Below, one piece after another: positions 26,400 to 37,909 of a stretch of 64,000 nt of DNA. The stretch is from Sphyrna mokarran (taxonomy: Eukaryota). The position numbers and the translations under genes were made by a program. The notes under the pieces are model-generated. The model was not told the origin of the DNA, searched no databases, and worked only from the letters and a program-made list of their open reading frames with translations. The number at the start of each line of letters is the position of its first letter. Positions within the stretch are counted from its first letter, which is position 1. The stretch is from positions 66,278,001-66,342,000 of the forward strand of contig JAGIQG010000014.1 in the NCBI GenBank assembly GCA_024679065.1, given 5' to 3'.

Positions 26400-27605
26400 T
26401 AACCAGAGAATATCTAAGAGACAATACAGATGGTGTAGGTACATTCACAGTGCTGTTAGGGAAGGAATTCCAGGATTTTGACCCAGCACCAATAAAGGAA
26501 TGGCGATATAGTTCCAAGTTAGAAAGTTGTATCCCTTGGCAAGGTAGTCTAGTTTCCATGCAATCTGCTGCCCTTGCCCTTCGAGAAGATTAAAGGTCAT
26601 AGCATTGAGACATGCTGCTGAAGGAGCTATGAATTGCTGCAGCGCATCTCATAGATAGTACATACTGCTGCCGCCATGCACAGGGGGTGGAGGGTGTGAA
26701 TATTTATGGTGCTGGATGGGGCACCTGTCAAGCGGGCTGCTGTGTCCTGGTTGGTATCAAGCTTCTCGAGAGAAGCTTGGAGCTGCAGTCATTCAGACAA
26801 GTGGAGAGTATTTCATTTTATTCTGATTTTTGTCCTACCGATGAAAGACAGGCTTTGGAGAGTCAGCAGAGTTAATCACTGTTGAATTCTCAACTTTTGA
26901 CCTGCTCTTGTAGCCACAATATTTATATGGCTGGTCCAGTTTTTGATCAATGGTAACCCCAGTGATGTTAATGCCACTGAATATCAAGGGACAATGGTTA
27001 GAATCTCTCTAGTTGGAGATGGCCATTGCCTGATGTTTGTGTGGCATAAATTTGCCACTTGTCAGCCCAAGCCAGGAAATTGTTCAGGTCTTGCTATATT
27101 TGAACTTTGATTGCGTTGTTTCTGAGGAGTTGTGAATGATACTGAACATTGTGCAGCCTTCAGCAAACATCCCCATTTCTAACCTTATGATGGAGGGAAA
27201 GTCACTGATAAAATAGCTGAAAAATAGTTGGGCCTAGGACACAACTCTGAGGAACTCCTGCAGTGATGTCTTGGAACTGAGATGGTTACCTCTGCCCACC
27301 ACAACCATCTTCCTTTATGCTAGATGTGACTCCAATCGGTAGAACGTTTTCCCCCTGAATCTATGAACTCCAGTTTTGCTAGGACTCCCAGGTGCCACAC
27401 TCAGTCAAATGCTGTCTTGATGTCAAGGGCAGTCACTCTCACCTCACCTTTGGCATTCAGCTCTTTAGTCCATGTTTGAACCAAGGCTGTAATGAGGTCA
27501 GGAGGTGAGTGACCCCAATGGAACCCAAACTAAGCGTTCAGGAGCAGCACTGAATAAGGGCCACTCGATAGCACTGTTGATGGACCCATTCCATCACTTT
27601 ACTGC
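26400..27605 (-). mobile_element. CR1/L2-group LINE reverse transcriptase fragment
   Basis: reverse complement reads AWADKWQ..., caatggccatctccaac; same family at 42470-43340. Confidence 0.7.
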
Positions 27606-27889
27606 TGGAAGTACTGTGATTGTAATATGATCCACTTTCACGGTGAGGGATTTTTAAATTCTGGCTTAGGTTTGAAAAAGGCATTCATCCAAAATCCAAC
27701 AGAGACACTCATAATGCTGATTAGCTACTAACGGTTCGAAATGAATTTTCTCTCATGTGTAACTGTGATGTTAATAATTGACATCATCTTGAGATAAATG
27801 AAGCACAGCAAGAAATTACTGTAAGGGATTTTAAGGCAGATACATTTAAATAAAATGCAATTCTCCTTGAAAAGGAAGCAACTGATTTA

Positions 27890-28240
27890 GGACAAGAACT
27901 AGGATAAATACAGGAAGGATGTTCCTGTTGGTGGGGTGTCCAGAAACAGGGATCAGAGTCTGAGGATACAGGTAGGTCATTTAGGATGGAGATGAGGAGA
28001 CATTTCTTCACCCAAAGAGTGGTGAGCCTGTGGAATTCATTACCACAGGAAGTGGTTAATGCCAAAACATTGAATGTATTCAAGAGGGGGCTAGATACAG
28101 CACTTGGGAAGAATGGGATCAAAGGTTATGGGGAGAAAGCAAGATTAGGCTTTTGTGTTGAATGATCAGCCACGATCGTGATGAAGCAGACTCAAAGAGT
28201 CAAATGGCCTCCTCCTGCTCCTATTTTCTATGTTTCTATA
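27890..28240 (+). mobile_element. CR1 LINE 3' end
   Basis: gatgaggagacatttcttcacccaaagagtggtgagcctgtggaattcattaccacag...aatggcctcctcctgctcc. Confidence 0.8.
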
Positions 28241-28437
28241 ATATGGAAATTTGCAGTGAAAGCAGGAAATGCTGGAAAAACTCAGCACATCTGGCAGGAT
28301 CAGAGAAACAGAGGTAATGTTTTGATTTCATATGATACTTCTTCAGAGCTCCCGATTTCCAGCATCTGCAGTACTTTGCTTTTATGTAAATTTATAAATT
28401 GAGATGAGGATATATTTTAAGAGAAGAAAGGTTAAAT

Positions 28438-28733
28438 AATGGTACAGTGACTGGCACAGCTGCCTCAGCGCCAGGGGCTGGGTTCATTTCCAGCCTTGAG
28501 TGTTTCTCTGCGTGGAGTTTGCATGTTCTCCCGTGTCTGTGTGGGTTTCTCCTGTGTGTTCCAGTTCAAAGATACGCAGGTTAGGTTGATTGGCTCTGCT
28601 AAATTGCCCCTCAGTGTCATGGGATTAGGAGAGTAAATATGAGGGGTTACAGTGACAGGGTCTGGGTAGGATTGTTGTCAGTGCAAACTTGATGGGCTGA
28701 ATGGTCTACTTCTGTACTGTAGTAATTCTATGA
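28438..28733 (+). mobile_element. HE1-like V-SINE
   Basis: gctgcctcagcgccaggg, gtggagtttgcatgttctcccgtgtctg, tail attctatga. Confidence 0.8.
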
Positions 28734-28925
28734 TAAGGAACTATTGTGCTGTATATTACCTTCCAATTCTGACAGCTTTTTGCAGATCATCCAGCACTAT
28801 AATCTAACAGGTTAAAGACACATTATTGTTGTTCGGTTACTTCTGCAATTCATTATTCATGGGGCCTCTTTGGTTGGAAAAGAGCAAAAGTTATTCTGCA
28901 CCAAGACATCAAGATGTGTTTTTAC

Positions 28926-28970
28926 CTCTTGTTCTGCTTCTTCGACAACTTCTTCAACCACAAGAGCCTC
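28926..28970 (-). CDS. SPARC: SPARC exon 3 (acidic domain I)
   Basis: EALVVEEVVEEAEQE; long pyrimidine tract ctttctgtcttccttcccaacttttcag|, GAG|gtaaaa donor; 45 nt, phase 0-0. Confidence 0.9.
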
Positions 28971-29479
28971 CTGAAAAGTTGGGAAGGAAGACAGAAAGAT
29001 TCAACAAAGGAGCAATTATTCTTAAGAACGGCAAAGCTTCAGTTTCAAAACTGCTGTGTCCAATACTCGCATTGGAAGTGTAACTCAATATGCTTTGCGA
29101 GGACCACCACTGCATTGCAGTGAATCAGGAAAAAAAGCAAATTATTGTGGGGACTCTTTTTACTGAAATGATAAAGGAATATGGGATATAAACTTTTAAA
29201 AATATATTGTGATTAGTAGTGTGGCAAAATAAGAGATTGTTATTCAAAATATCTGTTTACATCAGAGGGTTGATTACTATTTTGATTTCTATTATATTTA
29301 TTGTTGGAGCAAAGCCAATTAATAGCCTAGGTCTGGACAATAAGTGTGACCTGGTTCGGGCAAGCATGATACGTATATTTTGTTCAGAATGCACAATCCT
29401 TTATCTTATATGTCGAACAGCAGAGTGTAACAGCTCCCACACTTGTTTTATATCACTCATGAATGCAAAACATACTTAC

Positions 29480-29536
29480 AGGAGCAGCCAGTGCCTTGCC
29501 TGCAAGGCAGAGAAGAAGAATGAACCAGGCCCTCAT
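29480..29536 (-). CDS. SPARC: SPARC exon 2, coding part (signal peptide)
   Basis: ATG at 29534-29536; MRAWFILLLCLAGKALAAP (human MRAWIFFLLCLAGRALAAP); |gtaagt donor; exon starts 29552 after ctttttcag. Confidence 0.96.
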
Positions 29537-29730
29537 TTTGGTATTTTAAGATCTGAAAAAGGTGCAAAAGAGTTACAATGAGCTTTGGTTAAAGGCATTT
29601 AACTAAATAGTGCAATATGAAGGCAGTCTGCAAGCATTATTCTATAGGCTGATTAATATTTTACATGTTCAAACATGAATTTTGATTCTAAGATAATAAA
29701 AGTGGATATTTCTTTTCTTAGTAGAGTAAA

Positions 29731-29961
29731 ACATTCTCCCTGTGTCTGCATGGGTTTCCTTCAGGTGCTCCAGTTTCCTCCCACCGTCCAAAGATGTGCA
29801 GGCTAGGTTGATTGGCTATGCTAAATTGACGTTAGTGTCAAGGGATTAGCAGGGTAAATATGTGGGCTTACGGAAATAGGACCTGAATGGGATTGCGGTC
29901 GTTGCAGACTCGATGAGCCAAATGACCGCCTTCTGCACTGTTGCAATTCTATGATTCTATG
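29731..29961 (+). mobile_element. HE1-like V-SINE, 5'-truncated
   Basis: acattctccctgtgtctgcatgggtttcc...attctatgattctatg. Confidence 0.82.
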
Positions 29962-30461
29962 AAAATGGGAATTGTAAGGGGATAGACCAGTGGGACAGGG
30001 ACCATGGAGCAGTTAGGATGATGATAAAAGGAAGGAGAAATTAAAGGGAGGGTGCTGGAAGGAACGAGAGAGGATAAGAAAACATGAAGAAGAAAGTGGT
30101 TCTGTGACAAGAGAATGATGATGGGATAATTCTCAGGAAGACACCGAGTTTCCTAATTCTTGAAACAGGTATGTTTGTGTTTCACCGATGCTATCAAACT
30201 TTGTTAATGACATCATTGCTTGTAATTTCTCACTGCGAATGATCTGGGTTGGCAGGCCCAGTTATTTTCCTAACCATTAAACACATCCTTATTTTTCAAA
30301 TACTTTGGGTGCACACCTCTCATTGCTCCACTACTATTCATTATTTTTGGTGTATCAAAGACATTGAACCTTTAACTCGCCCTTCTGTCCTTTTACATGC
30401 GACTCAGCATCAGGGAGTTGTGGATTCAACTGCTCATTCTGGAGACTGCTGGACACAACAG

Positions 30462-30698
30462 GATTATAGGATGGATGTCAGAGGTAAGTTCTTTACTCAG
30501 AGGGTAGTAAAGGTATGGAATGCCCTGCCTGCAGTAGTTGTGGACTCACCAACTTTAAGAGTGTTCAAAGGGTCAGTGGACAGGCATATAGATAATATTG
30601 GAATAGTTTAGGTTAGGGTCATTAGATTGGTTCCACTAGTTGGCGTAACATCAAGGGCTGAAGGGCCTGTACTGCGCTGTTATGTTCTATGTTCTATA
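30462..30698 (+). mobile_element. CR1 LINE 3' end
   Basis: DVRGKFFTQRVVKVWNALP; tail gggctgaagggcctgtactgcgctgttatgttctatgttcta. Confidence 0.85.
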
Positions 30699-30699
30699 A

Positions 30700-31000
30700 T
30701 CCACATTGACACATCAGTGCAGTACTGAGGCAGGACTGCAGTGTTGGAGAGATGCTCCAGTGTTCTCCAGTGTTGGAGAGATAAGACACCAAACAGAGCC
30801 CAATGATGTCTGAAGGAAAACCAGAATTCTCCCAGTGTTCTGGCCAACATGTCTCCTTTAACGTTGTCACAAAAATAATGCATTGCATCATTTATCTCAT
30901 TAACTGTATGCTGTATGCAAATTGGTCATCACGTTCCTCCTCTTCATTGGCTATGAAATGATTTTGGGAATTATGAATTAATGAAATAAATGCAAGTTAT
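30700..31000 (+). mobile_element. DeuSINE/SacSINE-like element
   Basis: cagtgcagtactgag...ttctcccagtgttctggccaacat...aaatgcaag. Confidence 0.55.
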
Positions 31001-32879
31001 TTCTGATGACTTCATTACTTTATTCCAGGAATACATTTTTGTGTGAATATAGGTGAATTAACATCATACCAATCAGGAAATGCTCAGTTCACAAAGAATG
31101 TCTGTGGAAAATGAAATTTATTTTTGTTGAATCTAGATGTAGTCTGTGATGGAACAAGTTAAAAGGAAAACATACAAAAAAATTGCCAATAGGATGTTAA
31201 AAATAGGAGGCTGGTGAAATATTCCTGCCAGAATCAAAATTTAGAACAGACCGATAATCAGGGGCTAAAGGATGTGAAGTAGTCTCATGTTGAAGTGGCT
31301 TACTGGATAAATGGAGTCATTTTTTTAAAATGCCCAATGTGTGATTTAAAAACATCACCCTAAGGGAGAGCCACTGTCTGGTTAAGGCTTTTAGTCTGAT
31401 TCCAGGGTCACTTATTGTTCTCTGAATTTGGGAAAGACTCATTTTACCTTCACTTCACACAGGCTTTGTTTGTTTGTGAGTTTATTTGTTGGTGTTACAT
31501 GTAGGCTTTCATTAACACTGCAAAGAAGTTACTGTGAAAATCCCCCAGTTGTCACAATCTGGCATCTGTTCGCATTCAGGAACCAGGAGATACAGTAGAG
31601 GTTTAAAAATAATCTTAATATTGAACAATAGCACCATGCAATGTTTTCAGATTTACAGCTTACAAACTGGAGATTTGCCCATGTACGTGTTCCCTGAATG
31701 CTTTGGTAGACACCAAGGTAATCAAGATTTGATGCCACTGTGTTCTTCCATGAGATCAATCTGATTTTATCTATTATATGGTTTTGACTGGAGAGGTTCA
31801 CGCGCTTATTCGCCTAAGTGGGCCAGACCAGACATATTTATTCTAGGTTGTGTAACACTCTCCTGCCACCCAATAGCATATTATTTCAACACTTTTGTGT
31901 ACGAGAATGAGCTACCCTGACAGGATTACCGCACGCACGGAAACAGGCTCTGGGTTTGTTTACCTTGGAACAGCAAAACGTCAAACTGTATTTTGCAGAC
32001 GAGAAACATCAAGTGGAATCCCTGCCAGTTGATCATGTGGAGGGTAATACTCATTGCCACGTCTGCAGATTCACTGGCTGCAGGAAATCCTTTCCAGTTT
32101 CAATTTAAAAAAAGGGGGCCTATTGAACTCCATCCAACTGAAAATTCATTCTGTGTCACTCTCCGTGATAATCAGCAGCTTCATTGTCATGAAGATTGAA
32201 CCTTAATATGATTTTTACATCTTATTTCAAGGCCCATTTCCCTTCCTATCAACAGTTTTTTTTATTTTGCAGGAAAATCATGGAAAACTCCCCAACTACA
32301 AACTCAACTTAGTATGACCAACACGGTGATTGATGGTTGATTGAAACAATGCAGAGGGGGTGTCTGTCGACAAGGAGGTAGAATAGATGGCAAATGGTGT
32401 GCCTCAGTTCCACTATGACAATATCACTTGCAAGCAAGGCAATGAGTTTGGCACCTACTGAGGCAAGATTGCCACCTACTGAGGCAGGAGTTTTTGGATT
32501 ATGTGGCAGTATTTCAAGTTTATATCACATCATGCAAATAAATATCCCCTCCTTCTCCTAAACAGGCAATCATTTCTTCACACAGAGGGTGGTAAATCTC
32601 TGGAATTCACTGTCCCAAAGGGTAGAGGAAGCTGGATCATTAGAAGTATTTAAAGTGGAGGCGGATAAATATTTGTTAGATTGAGGCAATGCGGAAATGG
32701 CACAGAAAGGAATTGAGGCTGCCACAATTGAACTAAATAGCTGGGCAGGCTCAAAGGGTCTGTTGGTCTGCTCCTGCATCTATTTCTTGTGTTCTTATCT
32801 GATAAAAATGAACACTTTACCAACCAAAACTGATATCAAAAAAGGAGGTAGCATTCTTGCCTCATTCTAGCTAAGCAAT

Positions 32880-33400
32880 AGGTTTAAGACATTTTCCAAG
32901 AGTTAATCTCAATCTGGGCTGAAACCTTAGTGATGTACTGTACAGGGATAATGTTAAACAAAGATCCCGTTTACTTTTTCACGTGACAGTCCAAAGATAT
33001 GCAGTTAGGTGCATTAGCTATGCTAAATTGCCCCCTTAGTGTCAAGGGGACTAGCTAGGATAGGGCCTGGGTAAGACTGTGGTTGGTGCACACTCGATGG
33101 GTCAAATGGCTTCCTTCTGCACTGTGTGGTTCTATGATTCTATGAGCCTGGCATTGTTCAAAGAGAAAAGAAATCTTGCTCCTTGCAACATTCAGCCCTC
33201 TAACAATGCCAGCAAGACACTTTTGCTTGTCATTTGTCTCACTGATTATGCCACCTTGTTGGGAGATAATTAGTTGCTGTGTTTTCCGATAAAGCATCAG
33301 TGATTATAACTTCAAGGAGGTGATTTATTGTCTCTGGATCACTTTGGTAATTACTGAGGACATGAAAAAATGTTGTCATGTGAGTGCATGTAGTTTCTTA
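32880..33400 (+). mobile_element. DeuSINE-like element interrupted by an HE1 3' fragment (32988-33144)
   Basis: Deu-like flanks (atctgggctga...; ggcattgttcaaagag...gtcattt) around cagtccaaagatatgcagttagg...ttctatgattctatg. Confidence 0.55.
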
Positions 33401-33499
33401 ATCGCCGCAGAATTACAACTTAAAAATACTCCCAGGGAAGAAAGATAGCAGCAAATATTGGAAGTTATAAATATAATGCAGATCAGTCAGTGAGCAGTA

Positions 33500-33910
33500 A
33501 AGAGATTTGGATTTATATAACAATTTACATGACCACCACCAACTCGTGAAACCAAATTACTGTTGTAATGTAATGTAGGAAATGGAATAACATGCACACT
33601 CAGACAATGAAGTACCAGATATTCTGGTTTTCCAATGTTATTCAAGAGATAAATATTGACAATGATGCCAGGGGTAATGCCTTTTCTCTTTGACAGTCTG
33701 ATTTATGTCCACCTGAGAGAACAGTCAAGGTTTTGGTTTAATGTCCCATCTGAAAGAAAAAAAAACAAAAAAATGGATAATACCTCCAACAGAGCAGCAC
33801 TTCCTCAGTACTGCAATGGAATGTCAGTCTCACTTTGCGTGCTGAAAGTCTGGAGTGGGAATTGAACCCAGAATTTACTGAGACAGAAGCTGAGAAGTGC
33901 TACCAGTTGA
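33500..33910 (-). mobile_element. DeuSINE/SacSINE-like element
   Basis: gtccacctgagagaacag, gcagcacttcctcagtactgca, tggagtgggaattgaaccca (reverse-complement B box). Confidence 0.6.
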
Positions 33911-35499
33911 GCTGCTTGATTGATGTTTTGGTGAGCAAATCAGAGTGCTGCTTATTTCGATACAGAGACTTGTTGTCTAGGTTACTCAGGAGGCATGAAA
34001 ATTAGCAATCCACAATACCTCAGGAACTCACTCACATTATTCCGTAATTGTGCTATTGGCGCTGAGATCAAAGCCCACACCAATTTCAAATTAAAAGATA
34101 TAAGATATTGCCCCAAGCGAGCTATTCTTGCCATGTCTTCAGGAAACTCTGCTTACCAGATCCAGTCAATTTTATTTAAGATCTTGTTGTCCTACAGTGA
34201 CTACCTTTAGTTTGTTTCAATTTCCTCTCCCAGCCAGAAAGGAACCTATTCTTACTCAAGGGCATCATAAGAGAAATCTGCTTCAGCATAAATAAGCTTA
34301 ACTCTCACAAAACGTATAAAATAACATAGTAAATTTCACTCCCTCCATTTGTAGAATAGATACCATTAACCTTTGAGTCAATTCTGCTCATGTGTTCTTT
34401 GATGTCAAAATGGAAATACATAGACTGCTGCAGATGCTTAGATTTGAGAAATGGTCAGTGATAAACAAAGGAATGAAAGTGAAAACAGTCCAAAATCAAA
34501 AGATAACATGTGAGATTGCAATGCATGTTTGCAGCCGCACTGTGCAGTACCAGCCTTAACTTGTTGAATCAAATCAAATGTATCAACATGTCTAGCTTTT
34601 GATTCAGCACGCAAACTGTAATTTTTCACTTAAATTTCACTAGGTTTTAAAGAAACATCCCTTGATCTACAGCTACCAGTTTTCATTGTCAATACGTTGT
34701 GCGAATGGCAGCAAGAAATTTTCAATGTGGCACAGCTTAAAAAACTTGAGAAGCATTTGGAGAGTTTCAGCAGTTTCAAAACATGTTTTCTGAATAAATA
34801 TTAATTTACTGCAATTTTCTATTTATGTTGTATCAACATCATTATCATTGAATGTGTATACATGAGAGATTTTTGGGCACATTTACTACATGAATTGCTT
34901 ACGGGTGAAGCATTGTACGTAGAAAATATGTTCTAAATGACCATAACAAATTTTTGTGCTCTTGGTAGTTTGGTCATACTGATACTTTTAATGTACAACC
35001 ACATTATTTTGCATAGGCCTGAAAATAATAGATAGGAACAGTATTTATTTAGTTACAAGTCGATAGAATATTAGTTGTGGAACATTTAGAGGATACTGAT
35101 CACAGGTTTTAGTTTGGCAAGTGGAAAAGAACAAGAAACAATCCAGAATCTAAATAATGAATTGGGAAAGGGCAAATCACAGTGGGAGTGAGAATAAATC
35201 TAGCCTGGGCAAATTGGAATCAAAGATTGGGCAATGTGGTAATTCAGCAATGGACTGCCTTAAGGAGGAGAATAGTTTAGGTACGGTCAAGATACATTCC
35301 AATAAGTGGGAAAGGTAGGACACACAAAGCTAAAACTCCCTGTATAATGAAAGAAATACAGATAGAATGAAGTAGAAAAAGGGTGTTTGTGACAATTGAG
35401 AGTACAACTGAAAGCTTGAATGATGTTGCCAAAAGCAAAATCAACCTCTCAACATGGCTCTACCAATCTGACCAAGACTTTCGACTCAATCAATTAGGA

Positions 35500-35935
35500 A
35501 GCATTATAGGAGACCTGTCAAAGACTGCCTGTCCAGAGGGATTCATTAACATCCTCCAACTCCTTCACAACAAGATATTGGTGACACTCCTCACTGACAG
35601 AAATGTGATAAAAAAAACCTTTGATGTCAAGACTGGAATCAAGCAGTGATGTGCCCATTGCCCTTTTCTCCATCACCACCATCTTTCACCTTGTCAGGCA
35701 CATGCTTCCCAGTGACAGAAATCATCTACAGGATAGATGGAAATCTTTTCATCTTCAACTGATTGAAATATCCAAGAAGAAAATGACATTGCTGTCACTC
35801 ATGGAGTTTCAGTATGTAGATGACATTACTATCTCTATTCTCTCGGAAGAGAATCTCCAAGCGATGCTTAATGCATTTGTGGAAGCACATTGAAGAATGG
35901 GTCTCAGCATCAACCTCAAGAATATTCAAGACCAT
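35500..35935 (+). mobile_element. RTE-clade LINE reverse transcriptase fragment
   Basis: CPEGFINILQLLH...FDVKTGIKQ and EFQYVDD...SEENLQAMLNAFVEAH resemble RTE RT motifs (GVKQG, ADD). Confidence 0.65.
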
Positions 35936-36540
35936 TATAGATATCCTTCCTGACAACACTCCTTAAATACCAGGGTAATGCCAGAAGATAGGAGAATTGA
36001 AAATGGTACACCTTTATTCAAAAAGGATAGAAGGATAAACCCAGCCAGTCAGTGGTGGGAAGACTTTGAGTAATGATAAAACTATCAAGACTTAGACAAA
36101 TATAAATTAATTAAGGAAGGCTAGCAAGAATTTGCAGGACACCATTTCAAAATTTGCAGAAGACATAAACTTGGAAGTATTGTAAACTATGAGGAAGATA
36201 ATGATAGACCTCAAGAAGTCATGGAACGAATGGACAAGTGAGAAATGAAATTTAATTCAGACAATTGTGAAGTGATATATTTTGATAGAAAGAAATCTAT
36301 GAGAATGGTTTATAGTGTGACAGACTTCAGTGAATTGGATTGATTGTCCAAGCTGCTTTCTGTTCTCCTTAGGCAAGCTTGAAAAGATATTTGATGGAGC
36401 GTTCAAAATTATGATGCTTCTGAACAGGGCAGATAGAGAGAAACTATTTCTATTGGCAGAAGTGCCATGAACAAGAAGACAAAATTTCTGGTGATTGGCA
36501 AAAGAAGCAATAGCAACATGAAGAAAGCTTTGTTTATATG

Positions 36541-36819
36541 GTTAGGTAGCATAGTATTAGCACTGCTGCCTCACAGCGCCAGGAATATGGGTTTGATTCC
36601 TGGTTTGGGTCACTGACTCTGCACATTCTCCCCGTATCTGCATGAGTTTCCTCCAGGTGCTCCAGTTTCCTCCCACAGTCTGAAAGACATGCCGGTTAGG
36701 TGCATCGGCCATGCTAAATTCTCCCTCAGGGTATCTGAATGTGGCAGCTAGGGAATTTTCACAGTAACTTCATTGTAGTGTTAATGTAAACCTGCCTGTT
36801 TCTCGAAAACAAATAAACT
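36541..36819 (+). mobile_element. V-SINE with alternative 3' tail
   Basis: HE1-type head and V domain but tail ggaattttcacagtaacttcattgtagtgttaatgtaa; same tail at 58182-58476 (-) and about 31495-31570 (-). Confidence 0.78.
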
Positions 36820-37601
36820 AAAGGATCTCAAATGCATTGCCTGAGAGTGCAAGGATGGCAGAATCAATACTGACTTTCAAAAGGAAGCTGGATCTTATCT
36901 GAAGAAGACTTTGCAGGGTTATGGGCAAAGATAACCCATAAGATTCACAGAAGTAGTACTTGCTTAATTACTCCTACAAATAGCTAACACAGATACGATG
37001 GGATGGCCTTATGCTATGCCGTAAATACTCTGTGATTCTGGTAAGTATTTATTATTGCTATTATAATTCTGCCCATTAGTAGTTTATTCATTTACTCATT
37101 AAAACAGTGAATGCAATTTGCTGCTGGGAATTTTAACGATCTGCCTATTCTCTCTGAAGGCACGGTTTGTATTTTTAATGATGTAATAATGAGGTGTGCG
37201 CAGTGTAATTATATGCATCCATCTCAGTTGCGAGGTTGCACTGCCATGCTTTGAAGATTATCACAGTTATTTGTGTTAAAAGTAGATGCAATTATCATTA
37301 ATTTAATCAATATTGAGCTTGAAAGTAGTCTATATTGCAGAACCATGCATATGTATTAGGAAAGAGTGAGGGCTTCTCCTCCAGCCTTAACAAGCACCGT
37401 GTATGCATTGTTTTTAAATGGAACAAAGCACTTTTTTGATGTGTTAGTTTACACTTTTGTGGGTATATCTTCATGTAAGCATGTTACAGGTAATAAATGA
37501 AAACAAATCTTATAATATTTTCCAAACTTCCAATTGTTTGTAAGTTGATGTGAATGATTTTCGATGATGAGACTATTCTTCCAGATCTTGGACTCTGATA
37601 T

Positions 37602-37909
37602 GGACGGCATGGTGACACAGTGTTAGCATTGCTGCCTCACAGTGCCAGGGACGAAGATTCAATGCCAGCCTTGGGTGACTGTGTAGTGTTTGCACTTTCT
37701 TGCCTTATCTGGGTGGGTTTTCTCCTGGTGATCTGGTTTCCTTCCACACTCTAAAGACGTGCCAATTAAGTGGATTGGTCATGGTAAATTGTCCCTTAGT
37801 GTCAGGGGAATTAGCAGGATAAATGCGTGGGGCGACAGGGATAGGGTCGGAGTGGGAATGTTGTTGATGGGCCGAATGGCTTCTTTCTTTCTGCACTGCA
37901 CGATTCTAA
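37602..37909 (+). mobile_element. HE1-like V-SINE
   Basis: ggcatggtgacacagtgttagcattgctgcctcacagtgccagggac...gatgggccgaatggc. Confidence 0.85.

Larger units (their letters stand above)
35100..37040 (+). mobile_element. old fragmented CR1 hosting nested RTE and SINE insertions
   Basis: CR1-like pieces at about 35100-35400, 35970-36540 and 36820-37040. Confidence 0.6.

Noticed and set aside
13997-29536. Calling the gene SPARCL1
   Set aside because: Short domain I, MRAW...ALAAP signal peptide and VGANPVQ motif are SPARC-type; no large acidic exon seen
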